Shown one piece after another: positions 28,651-36,393 of a stretch of 36,393 nucleotides of DNA. Under the pieces are notes generated by a model that was not told the origin of the DNA, searched no databases, and saw only the letters and a program-made list of their open reading frames with translations. Numbering within the stretch: position 1 is the stretch's first letter; every line of letters starts with the position of its first letter. Source of the stretch: Candidatus Thorarchaeota archaeon (GTDB lineage Archaea > Asgardarchaeota > Thorarchaeia > Thorarchaeales > Thorarchaeaceae); contig JBHLRQ010000022.1 of assembly GCA_048882385.1 (NCBI GenBank), positions 1,864 to 38,256 of the forward strand, given 5' to 3'. Position numbers and translations under genes: made by a program.

Positions 28651-29532
28651 CTACCTTATCTTCAGAATTGATGAGATATTTGCATGTTGATCAATAACTG
28701 GCTCAATCATTCCTGCTGTAGAAGTAAAAAGTGTAGTCACACCAGGACCATGACCAGAGATAACACAGTCACTGTGTACAATGATTCCAACAGAAACTGC
28801 GCCTTTCTTGTAGATACGACCAAAGGAATGGTCAGCATCCATGATTGCCACAAGATCACCAAATCTCAAATTATCAAGACCATACTCTTTGTTCGTACCT
28901 TCATCGAAGAGTTGTATATCATAGTCACCAGAATATGTTTCATCATCACCAAGTCCAGAGCCCATAATTTTAGCTGGTACCTTATGTGTAACAGGAATAC
29001 CTAGTTTTCCATCCCTCTCTTGGAAATTAATTCTCTTTAGAAAATTCGGATCCATACTCATGACTTTGATGTCAGGATAATCAAGTAATTCCAGACCTTG
29101 ACCATATGCTTTGATCAACATCTTATCGCCAATGATCAACTGTTCCATAATCTCCTCAGAGAAGTCGACCATAACATGCTCAATTCCTCCATGTTTTCCA
29201 ACAACTGTGCCCTTCTCTCCCTTTGCATCACCAGTTATTACTTTGGCTTCATTACCTACACATGCAAGGATGTTTAGTGATGTGTTTGCCATCTGTTTGA
29301 ATCGAGCATCATCTTCTTTGTTTTCAATACTCACTCCAGGCTCAACATGGTCTGCCTTCCAACCTGTGGCGGGGTCTCCAACACGTAGGTTGTAAGTTAT
29401 TCCTCCAACACTGGGCAAAGTAACAGGTCTACCATCGTGACTAATTCGATAGGCTGAACGTGCAACTGGACTAGCTATTTCACCCATCACAGATATTTTC
29501 ACAAGTTTGTCTTCATTTGTCTTAACTTGCAT
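28651..29532 (-). CDS. DUF4438 family protein
   Basis: KTNEDKLV, GGITYN..VGD...W.ADHVEPGVS, ACVGN, GKHGGIEHV, GDYDI, SGHGPGVT; family recognised from memory. Confidence 0.85.
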   Translation of the reverse strand: MQVKTNEDKLVKISVMGEIASPVARSAYRISHDGRPVTLPSVGGITYNLRVGDPATGWKADHVEPGVSIENKEDDARFKQMANTSLNILACVGNEAKVITGDAKGEKGTVVGKHGGIEHVMVDFSEEIMEQLIIGDKMLIKAYGQGLELLDYPDIKVMSMDPNFLKRINFQERDGKLGIPVTHKVPAKIMGSGLGDDETYSGDYDIQLFDEGTNKEYGLDNLRFGDLVAIMDADHSFGRIYKKGAVSVGIIVHSDCVISGHGPGVTTLFTSTAGMIEPVIDQHANISSILKIR

Positions 29533-29601
29533 AATTGAATCAACTCATTCCAGATTAATCTGGTTAGCAGATAAGAGTGATGATTTCCTTTTGAATGAAA
29601 A

Positions 29602-30432
29602 TCAAATGTGTTCTTCAAGCCAACTAAACATGTCAGCGAAGACTTCTTCGCCTCCTTCCTCATGATAGGGTTCATGATATAATCCAGGGTAAAGTTTCCA
29701 TGTTTTATCATCTGACGCGATATTATCATAGAATTCCTTGTTACGATCTGGATCCAGAATTAGATCATCACCAGATTGTTGCACCAAAACAGGTACTGTA
29801 ATCCTATTAGCAGAGTTAAACGCATCTTTACTTGCTTTTAATCCCTCTATGGCATACCTTGGTGTAGCCTTATCAAACCGAAGAGGGTCCTCTTTATTGT
29901 CTTTTACGATTTCAGGATTTCTTGAAATCAATTCATGATCAAGACCATTGTCAAAATACATCTTCACATTAAGTCTTGAGAGGAAAGATGCAATCGCTCT
30001 TGTTGCAGAACCTACTTTCAGACGCTCAGAAACTGCTGGAGCTGGTATGATGATTCCATCAGCCTCACCTGGATGTTTAGTGATATAATGGATGATAAAA
30101 ACAGCTCCAAGAGAATGACCAAAAAGGAACAGCTTCTTGTCCTGGTGAAGCAGTCTCATATATGCAACCAGAGATTCCAAATCATCTGTGTATTCATCAA
30201 AACTCTCGACATGACCTTTACGGCCAGGAAAAGTTCCAAAACCCCGCAAATCGGGAGCGTAGAAAGCATATCCCTCTGATGTAAAACGTTCTCCGAGGTA
30301 TGATAATCGGCCGCTATGAGATCCCAAACCATGTAATCCAAGCACAATCGCTTTAGAATCACCTTCAGGTTTCCAAATACGCAGAAGCATTGTTGTGCCG
30401 TCGAATCCTTGATATGTACTCTCCACAGCCAT
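29602..30432 (-). CDS. Lysophospholipase/monoglyceride lipase (alpha/beta hydrolase)
   Basis: HGLGSHSGR, DLRGFG, GHSLGA, YPGLYHE; start taken at ATG 30432. Confidence 0.92.
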   Translation of the reverse strand: MAVESTYQGFDGTTMLLRIWKPEGDSKAIVLGLHGLGSHSGRLSYLGERFTSEGYAFYAPDLRGFGTFPGRKGHVESFDEYTDDLESLVAYMRLLHQDKKLFLFGHSLGAVFIIHYITKHPGEADGIIIPAPAVSERLKVGSATRAIASFLSRLNVKMYFDNGLDHELISRNPEIVKDNKEDPLRFDKATPRYAIEGLKASKDAFNSANRITVPVLVQQSGDDLILDPDRNKEFYDNIASDDKTWKLYPGLYHEPYHEEGGEEVFADMFSWLEEHI

Positions 30433-30487
30433 ATTAAAAACCGAGAAGACACATGAGCAAAGTGCCCTATGTGTCTTCCGAAAATGA

Positions 30488-31315
30488 TTATGAGCGCTCA
30501 TCTAAGAAAGAGAATTGCATATTCGGATAATCAATGATTGTTTCAAAGTTCTTCAAGAAATCATAGCCTATTATCCCATTTTCGATGAGACATCCTTTGG
30601 GTGAAACTTTACTAAGATCTATGACAACAATCTGGGAATTTGTAATCTGCGCTGGACCCACGGAAAGTGATTCCAGTCCAGCCATTTTTAATTCCACATC
30701 ACCGCCTATACCTCTAGCGATTCCTTGAACAGCCTGAGCTTCAATACCAACTTTCTCAGCAAGTCCGGGCGTCATGACAGTATTTCCAGCTCCGGTATCA
30801 ACAACAAAATTATACGGTCCCTTACCATTGATATGAACTGGAACACCAACCAGATGGGAGTCGTTGATGTATTCAAAAGGACTCCATGCGATGCCGTTGC
30901 CATTAGAATTAGAATCACCTTTCTTGAGTTTGAACTTCTGCTTATTGTAACTGAGAGAAATCGTGCAATGCTTCAAAGTCGTGTATCCTAATACTCCTTC
31001 ACGACCTCCGGAAGTTTTCAATAGCGCATTAACATCTAATACATAGACTTCATCTTTCTCAAACTCAAGTGGTCCTACACCAATAGCTACATCCGCATAC
31101 TTTGTTGGAACACTACCCCCAATTCCATGTGCTTCCTTTTTGCTACCCATATGTGTAACAATTCCTAAGCTCTCTGCAAGTTGGGGAGTAAGAGTTGTCA
31201 CAGAAGCACCAGTATCCAAGTCGAAGGTGAATGGTCCTTGACCATTAACCTTGACTGGAACTTTTACGAGACGTGTACCAAAGTCGATTTTCACCTCAAC
31301 CTCCATTGTAGCCAT
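30488..31315 (-). CDS. Tandem two-domain retropepsin-like aspartyl protease
   Basis: FDLDTGAS...GIGG...GVLG and FVVDTGAG...GIGG...GIIG; GAGG upstream of ATG. Confidence 0.92.
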   Translation of the reverse strand: MATMEVEVKIDFGTRLVKVPVKVNGQGPFTFDLDTGASVTTLTPQLAESLGIVTHMGSKKEAHGIGGSVPTKYADVAIGVGPLEFEKDEVYVLDVNALLKTSGGREGVLGYTTLKHCTISLSYNKQKFKLKKGDSNSNGNGIAWSPFEYINDSHLVGVPVHINGKGPYNFVVDTGAGNTVMTPGLAEKVGIEAQAVQGIARGIGGDVELKMAGLESLSVGPAQITNSQIVVIDLSKVSPKGCLIENGIIGYDFLKNFETIIDYPNMQFSFLDERS

Positions 31316-31320
31316 CCTCG

Positions 31321-32139
31321 TTACTCAGGTTTTGTACCAGCAATATAAGCACTGTAAGCGCCATAGAGGCTATTTCCAGCTTTGCTATTAATCCGAGCAT
31401 CGTTGAATCCCGCATCACGCATGTGTTGCAAATATTCCTCATCAAGAATAGCTCCACCAATGCAGCCCGTGTAAGTTATAACTTCATCACGAACTTCCTT
31501 TGGTAGTGGTTTGGAAAGCACAATATCACTTACCATTACACGACCACCGGGCTTTAATACTCGATAGACTTCACGGAATACCTTTCCCTTGTCAGGGGCT
31601 AGATTGATTACACAATTACTGATTACTACATCTACAGAGTTGTCCTCTACAGGCATGTCCTCGATGTCCCCATAACGGAACTCCACGTTTGTTATTCCTA
31701 GCTCTTTAGCATTCTTTTCAGCCTTCTCAATCATGGCAGGTGTCATATCAACACCAATGACCTTTCCTGTTTCACCCACCTTCTTACTAGCGACAAACAT
31801 ATCGAGACCTGCACCACTTCCGAGATCAAGAACGACCTCGCCTTCATTCAAACTAGCGAGAGCAACAGGATTTCCACAGCCTGCAAACGATTCAGTGGCT
31901 CCGGTTGGCATACCCTCAGTGTCATATCCAAGAGCGTTTGCCAAGCTTACTCTTGTAACCTTAGCTTCCTCTTGAGGACCGCAACAACTTGAGGATGTTT
32001 GAGTTGGTCCACAACTTGCATCATTGCAACTCGGAGATTGTTCATCAGAAGTCCAAGTTCCCTCAGCTACTCGGGAATATGCGTCCCGTACAGCTTCTTT
32101 GATCTCATCAGATTTCATTTCACTTACTTTCTTCGTCAT
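31321..32139 (-). CDS. arsM: Arsenite S-adenosylmethionine methyltransferase
   Basis: N-terminal CC, FAGCGNP, VLDLGSGAGLD, VISNCVINL, GCIGGA; start taken at ATG 32139 rather than 32247. Confidence 0.92.
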   Translation of the reverse strand: MTKKVSEMKSDEIKEAVRDAYSRVAEGTWTSDEQSPSCNDASCGPTQTSSSCCGPQEEAKVTRVSLANALGYDTEGMPTGATESFAGCGNPVALASLNEGEVVLDLGSGAGLDMFVASKKVGETGKVIGVDMTPAMIEKAEKNAKELGITNVEFRYGDIEDMPVEDNSVDVVISNCVINLAPDKGKVFREVYRVLKPGGRVMVSDIVLSKPLPKEVRDEVITYTGCIGGAILDEEYLQHMRDAGFNDARINSKAGNSLYGAYSAYIAGTKPE

Positions 32140-32273
32140 CTTTTGCTTTCTCCTGAGAACCACAACATCCTGATGCTTGTCCCTGTCCAGTTTTTGTCCC
32201 TTCTGCAACCTGAGAGTATGCATCGCGAACAGCCTTTTTGATCTCATCAGATTTCATTTCACTTACTTTCTTC
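32098..32273. repeat. Exact 37-bp direct repeat (32098-32134 and 32237-32273)
   Basis: TTTGATCTCATCAGATTTCATTTCACTTACTTTCTTC occurs twice, offset 139 bp. Confidence 0.95.
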
Positions 32274-32278
32274 ATCAT
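32120..32278 (-). CDS. 52-aa small ORF paralogous to the ArsM N-terminus, with CCG motif (not in ORF track)
   Basis: MMKKVSEMKSDEIKKAVRDAYSQVAEGTKTGQGQASGCCGSQEKAKDDEESK*; GGTGG SD; mostly synonymous divergence from arsM. Confidence 0.68.
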   Translation of the reverse strand: MMKKVSEMKSDEIKKAVRDAYSQVAEGTKTGQGQASGCCGSQEKAKDDEESK

Positions 32279-32415
32279 ATAACCACCGTTCTGTTTGGAT
32301 TAGAATTTGAAATTTCATCGTCACCACAAGATAATTGACATGAGAACTTAGACTTGGTTTTGATTTGGATCTCACGTTTTGATGGAGTTTCCTTAGCAAC
32401 TTTGTCTTGAATCAT
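32275..32415 (-). CDS. 46-aa small ORF with CxxxC (not in ORF track)
   Basis: MIQDKVAKETPSKREIQIKTKSKFSCQLSCGDDEISNSNPNRTVVI*; GGTGA SD; ATGA overlap with the next ORF. Confidence 0.55.
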   Translation of the reverse strand: MIQDKVAKETPSKREIQIKTKSKFSCQLSCGDDEISNSNPNRTVVI

Positions 32416-32428
32416 TCAATCACCAACT

Positions 32429-32500
32429 ATATTGGGTGTCCAATATTTGTTGATATTGGGCATCCTATATATACATTTAAATGTATCGGACATCCAATAT
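32429..32500. promoter_or_regulatory. Divergent promoter with three ATATTGG-N4-CCAATAT boxes and a palindromic TATA element
   Basis: Boxes at 32429-46 (perfect), 32453-70 and 32483-500; ATACATTTAAATGTAT palindrome at 32471-86. Confidence 0.8.
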
Positions 32501-32506
32501 TTCAAC

Positions 32507-32878
32507 ATGAACGAGGAATCCGACCTTGCCCAGTGTTGTCCGCCCGACTGTTGTGACATGAGAGGATTTCTTACATTCCAGATTCTATGGGAGCTTGATA
32601 GGGAAGAACTGAATGGACAGCAGATCGCTGAAAGAATTGCCAAGAGGAGGGGTACAAAACCTACTCCAGGAACAATCTATCCTGCGCTCAAAGAGTTGAA
32701 GAAAGGCAAGTACATCAAGGGTACAAAAGATGGCAGGCAGATTGTCTATCGTCTTACTGAAGAAGGTGAGAAAGCGCTTCTAGACGCATCACGATATTTC
32801 ATTCAAGCGTTTGGTGACATCGCTGAAGATGTCAAAGTGAAAGTTATAGTGATAGAAGGCGACGATTGCGACTGCTAA
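32507..32878 (+). CDS. PadR-family winged-helix regulator with Cys-rich termini
   Basis: MRGFL...IL, PTPGTIYPALKEL...G, Y.LTEEG; CCPPDCC at the N-terminus and CDC at the C-terminus; start ATG 32507. Confidence 0.9.
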   Translation: MNEESDLAQCCPPDCCDMRGFLTFQILWELDREELNGQQIAERIAKRRGTKPTPGTIYPALKELKKGKYIKGTKDGRQIVYRLTEEGEKALLDASRYFIQAFGDIAEDVKVKVIVIEGDDCDC

Positions 32879-32951
32879 TTGTGATCACAAGTGGTTTCAT
32901 TGTTTTATACTAGTTGTGAAAATGAAAACATAGCTACGTAAAACTAACATT

Positions 32952-32992
32952 GGGAGAAGAGATTGAAGAATCTCTTTTCTTCCCCTTTCTCT
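32952..32992 (+). terminator. Hairpin plus pyrimidine tract downstream of padR
   Basis: GAGAAGAGATT-GAAG-AATCTCTTTTC followed by TTCCCCTTTCTCT. Confidence 0.4.
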
Positions 32993-33100
32993 GTGAATTT
33001 TTGTCCACACAATTGCTCACATTTAAAAGGCGTCTTATATAGAACCGACAAGTCCCTTATATACTCTATAAAGGCAAGAGAGAAAGCGGAGTTATTGCAG

Positions 33101-33706
33101 ATGCCGAGACCTGAACCAAAAACGAAAATTGAGAACGTCGTTGCTTCTGTTGTTCTCAATCAACGTCTTGATCTTGATGAGATTGCAGCCACAATGCCTA
33201 ATGTTGAATTTGATCCTGAACAGTTCCCAGGACTTGTATACAGATTGAAGAAACCAAAGACTGCTACATTGATCTTTAATTCTGGCAAGATGGTCTGCAC
33301 TGGCGCGAAGAGTGAGAAAGAAGCAAAGCGTGCAGTTCATAAAATTGTAAAGAACATCAAAGAGGCTGGCATTGAGATCACCGGTAAACCGGAAATCATT
33401 GTACAGAACATTGTCGCAAGTGCAAGCCTTGGCGCAGAGTTGAATCTTGAACTCGCAGCAATGAAACTTGAGAATACATTGTATGAGCCTGAGCAATTCC
33501 CAGGTCTGATATACAGGATGAGAGACCCCAAAGTTGTCATTCTGCTGTTCGGTTCTGGAAAGCTTGTCATCACTGGTGCTAAATTCGAGCCACAGATTGA
33601 TGAGGCAGCATTGAAAGTAATGGATCGACTTCTTGAACTAGGTGTCATGAGAATCCCCGAAGGTGAAGATTGGGGTCTCGAGGACTACGAAGAAGGCGAA
33701 TGGTGA
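33101..33706 (+). CDS. tbp: TATA-box-binding protein
   Basis: Two repeats: IENVVAS..PEQFPGLVYR..IFNSGKMVCTGAK and VQNIVAS..YEPEQFPGLIYR..LFGSGKLVITGAK; acidic tail; TTATATA at 33057-63; start ATG 33101. Confidence 0.97.
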   Translation: MPRPEPKTKIENVVASVVLNQRLDLDEIAATMPNVEFDPEQFPGLVYRLKKPKTATLIFNSGKMVCTGAKSEKEAKRAVHKIVKNIKEAGIEITGKPEIIVQNIVASASLGAELNLELAAMKLENTLYEPEQFPGLIYRMRDPKVVILLFGSGKLVITGAKFEPQIDEAALKVMDRLLELGVMRIPEGEDWGLEDYEEGEW

Positions 33707-33718
33707 TTTTCAATACTT

Positions 33719-33751
33719 GGTTCCCGTAGGAGCAACCACTCCTAGGGGACC
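33719..33751. terminator. GC-rich stem-loop between convergent genes
   Basis: GGTTCCC-G-TAGGAG-CAACCA-CTCCTA-GGGGACC, with a T-tract shortly after on the + strand. Confidence 0.55.
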
Positions 33752-33765
33752 ACTGATCCTTTTTC

Positions 33766-34887
33766 CTACCTTTTCTTCTTTGCTGGTTTTTTCTTGGAGC
33801 TTTTATTAGACTTACGACTCGTTTCTACCTTGGACTTTTCTTTTTTCTTGTCATTCTTACCTTTAGACTTGTCTTTGATATTTTTAGAGGATGTAACGAT
33901 TGATTCGGGCATTGTTGCCTGTGCCCATAGTTCGATGTTTGCACTTTCGTCAGCGGTAGCAATAGTAGTTGGTCGCTTGATCTCTTCGATTCTCTCTCTC
34001 CTAACTATTGTGGCTCCAAGTCGTCTTGCTAGTTTTAAAATTCTGATTGTAGATCTTGATTGCATAGCTTCGTTGAATGCAATTACTGGGATAATGAATG
34101 CCATAACGAAGAATGGAAGACCCAGAGTCCATAGAAAACCAACAATTGCTTCAAAGACGAATTCATTTGCTTCTGCTGGTATTGCTAGATTGATATCACC
34201 CTGAAACAGAGGAACAAGTAATGGATAATAGAAGTGATTTATGAACATCGTTATTGGAAAGGCAAGGATGGCATAACCACCGAGCATATTAGAAATCCAA
34301 CGACCTACACCCTGCGTGTCAGGACACTGTCGTAACTCAAGATAATCTGATTTCAAGTGAGTCACAACTCCTGCATCATTCAAGACCCAGGTGGGCATGA
34401 ATAATAACAGAGCGATGGGCATGAATAGAAGAGCACTCATTAGGGACACTACAATCGGGAAGAATGCTGCAATAGCGCCAGTAGGCACATCAGTTCCAAA
34501 CACGTAAGCCTGTAGTGGGGCACGAAACATACTAGCAAATGCAACACTGAATATTGCTGGTAGTGCAGCTCTTCGAACCATCTGTGTTCCACTGAAGTTT
34601 GATGATATGTTCATAATGTTCATATCGTATTTCTTTGATTTTACTATCTTCGCCAGCAATAGAATAACAACTGCAACTGGAACTGCGAATATGTAGTATT
34701 CTAGAAATAATATCGGGATTGCCAAAATTATAATCCAAATAATGTCAAAACCAAGAGATTGACTCATGGTTGTAGGAAACCAGTTTCTTGGTGGCATGGT
34801 TTCTGTTATCATGAGAATTAGCTGAAATGCGACAAAGAAACCAAGCAGAAAAAGAGCTCCTGGAGCAACAAACCGTCTAGCACCCAT
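33766..34887 (-). CDS. Polytopic membrane protein with Lys-rich C-terminal tail
   Basis: About 6 TM segments; tail KDKSKGKNDKKKEKSK...KKKPAKKKR. Confidence 0.83.
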   Translation of the reverse strand: MGARRFVAPGALFLLGFFVAFQLILMITETMPPRNWFPTTMSQSLGFDIIWIIILAIPILFLEYYIFAVPVAVVILLLAKIVKSKKYDMNIMNISSNFSGTQMVRRAALPAIFSVAFASMFRAPLQAYVFGTDVPTGAIAAFFPIVVSLMSALLFMPIALLLFMPTWVLNDAGVVTHLKSDYLELRQCPDTQGVGRWISNMLGGYAILAFPITMFINHFYYPLLVPLFQGDINLAIPAEANEFVFEAIVGFLWTLGLPFFVMAFIIPVIAFNEAMQSRSTIRILKLARRLGATIVRRERIEEIKRPTTIATADESANIELWAQATMPESIVTSSKNIKDKSKGKNDKKKEKSKVETSRKSNKSSKKKPAKKKR

Positions 34888-34965
34888 CGAAATAACCTAG
34901 TTTTTGGCATGCATGATCAAATGTATATCTTTTGGAACTTTGACTTAGCTATCGATTAGTTCAAG

Positions 34966-36168
34966 TTAGAAAAGCCCTAGCATGTTCCAGAGTGGTGGAA
35001 TACTGAGTACAAGGATAATCATTGAGATCACGAAGAGAACTACACGACCCTTGGATATCTTGACTGTATCGTTGAGAGGACCTGGATGACCTCCGCCCAT
35101 AGATAGTGCGAGAATGAGGATCGCCATTGTGAAATAGCCAGCTAAAACCATGAGCATCAGTGCAATCCAACCAATCTGCTTATGATATTTGGGACCTACT
35201 ATTGCTCGAAGTGCATGACCTCCATCTAATTGGGCTATCGGGAACAGGTTCAATGAAGTGACAAGCAGACCTACCCACGCAGCAAATGCTACTGGATGCA
35301 TGTAAAGTGTACCACCAGGCGGGATGAAGTCGGCGAAAAGATATCCAATCAAAGTGAAGAGATAGGGAACACCAAGTTCTCCAGACTGACCAGGAAATGC
35401 ATCTTCAATTGCAATCAACTGCTGTGCCGTAACTGGAAGAGACATTGCATATCCAAAGAAGAGAACCACAAGAGTTACAACGAAACCAGCAAGGGGTCCT
35501 GCTAGTCCCATATCTATTAGTTCCTCTCTGTTATTGGGAGGGCTCTTTTGTGATATGAACGCTCCAAAGGTTCCCCCGAGTGGCGGCAACCCCGGAATGA
35601 AATATGGTAATGAAGCTTCGATTCCTTTCCTTTTACACATCATATAGTGGCCCATTTCATGTGTGAAAATAATCCCCATGAGGGCCAGCATGAAAGTCAA
35701 TACTACAAATGCCAAATCTAGGAATGAGAAACCACCTGGATAGAACAAAGTGATAAAGACCGGACTCGTAGCTTGTAAAATTCCAGCTATTGCCATGGTC
35801 GCAAGTGTGGTGACGAATAGAGCGTAGTTGATTTTTCTATTACTCTTGCCAGGTGTTTGTATTGGTACAAACCGAATGAAGTATTCACCTTCAGCCTTAT
35901 TTCTCCACCTTACCATTGGCCAAACCTTGAGAGGCTTTGTCATTTTGGTAAGTTCCTTGAAAACCAGATCTTGTTCCTCATTGCTGGGAATAGCACTACC
36001 CTCAGGCCAGCGAACAACAAAGGTAGGCATACCATATTCAAGGACACTCATCACTATTTGGAAATGGATTGCAAGTATATCATTCAGTTCAGCAAACGTC
36101 GGATAAGAGATGACGCTGCTCACTTGATCATCATCGATAGCCAATATTTTCGTTTCTCCAATAGTCAA
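34966..36168 (-). CDS. Site-2 protease family (M50) intramembrane zinc metalloprotease
   Basis: HEMGH, GTFGAFI, AGPLAG, NLFPIAQLDGGH; N-terminal soluble domain; TTG start uncertain. Confidence 0.93.
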   Translation of the reverse strand: MTIGETKILAIDDDQVSSVISYPTFAELNDILAIHFQIVMSVLEYGMPTFVVRWPEGSAIPSNEEQDLVFKELTKMTKPLKVWPMVRWRNKAEGEYFIRFVPIQTPGKSNRKINYALFVTTLATMAIAGILQATSPVFITLFYPGGFSFLDLAFVVLTFMLALMGIIFTHEMGHYMMCKRKGIEASLPYFIPGLPPLGGTFGAFISQKSPPNNREELIDMGLAGPLAGFVVTLVVLFFGYAMSLPVTAQQLIAIEDAFPGQSGELGVPYLFTLIGYLFADFIPPGGTLYMHPVAFAAWVGLLVTSLNLFPIAQLDGGHALRAIVGPKYHKQIGWIALMLMVLAGYFTMAILILALSMGGGHPGPLNDTVKISKGRVVLFVISMIILVLSIPPLWNMLGLF

Positions 36169-36234
36169 AGACGTAAGCGAAGCTTCATTTGTAGCAATTT
36201 AAGAATTCCCGCTAAGGCAGTGTTTTTCAAGTTG

Positions 36235-36393
36235 TTAGAGCTTTAGATTATTTGAGAAATCGTAGGCATTGTGAACGATTTCAAGTAAATTCATGGTTCT
36301 AAATTCAGGATCTACCATCTCAACACGAAGATCTGTTTTTTCCAATTGCTTCAATAAACGGTCGTGTGGCTGTGGTCTTGTGGCAATTACAAC
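36235..36393 (-). CDS. 3' end of an unknown gene, partial
   Basis: Open frame VVIATRPQPHDRLLKQLEKTDLRVEMVDPEFRTMNLLEIVHNAYDFSNNLKL* from the window edge. Confidence 0.6.
   Translation of the reverse strand, partial: VVIATRPQPHDRLLKQLEKTDLRVEMVDPEFRTMNLLEIVHNAYDFSNNLKL

Noticed and set aside
32140-32247. N-terminal extension of ArsM in the ORF track (MRSKRLF...)
   Set aside because: It is an off-frame reading of the 52-aa peptide gene; the duplicated start region places the arsM start at 32139
32098-32273. 37-bp direct repeat as a CRISPR array or att site
   Set aside because: Only two copies, both coding for the same peptide segment; no cas or integrase gene nearby
32432-32506. Hydrophobic N-terminal extension of PadR
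   Set aside because: It is a translation of the operator/promoter DNA
31321-32878. Selenocysteine in arsM, padR or the small ORFs
   Set aside because: All conserved Cys positions are TGT/TGC; the TGA codons fall at ORF ends that do not align with Cys; no SECIS recognised
32963-33100. Eukaryote-like N-terminal extension of TBP
   Set aside because: Region contains a hairpin and TATA-like boxes; ATG 33101 gives a normal archaeal-length TBP
15-36246. Many short antisense or nested ORFs in the track (e.g. 15-377, 15978-16478, 23036-23539, 33092-33496, 33794-34204)
   Set aside because: Shadow ORFs of longer genes with recognisable motifs; no independent coding signal

Overview
Gene-dense archaeal chromosomal window. 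TBP, a geranylgeranyl reductase, an archaeal-type AsnRS, a Rab-like GTPase domain and a C2H2 finger point to an Asgard archaeon, probably Thorarchaeia (inference, not a database result). No rRNA, tRNA, CRISPR array or mobile element was seen. In order: membrane and lipid-turnover genes (esterase, GDPD, GGR); a degenerate APRT-like gene divergent from a Rab-like pseudo-GTPase with a long N-terminal extension; a 13-kb type VII (MacB/FtsX-like) ABC locus with two ATPases (one fused to an AbrB-like domain) and two paralogous pairs of ~930-aa permeases, each pair joined in frame by TAG-ATG; asnS; an Ig-repeat surface protein; hemerythrin; a DUF4438 protein; a candidate arsenic regulon; tbp; and a site-2 protease. 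The candidate regulon is a Cys-rich PadR divergent, across three palindromic boxes, from two unannotated Cys-containing small ORFs, arsM, a tandem retropepsin and a lysophospholipase. One small ORF is a synonymously diverged copy of the ArsM N-terminus.
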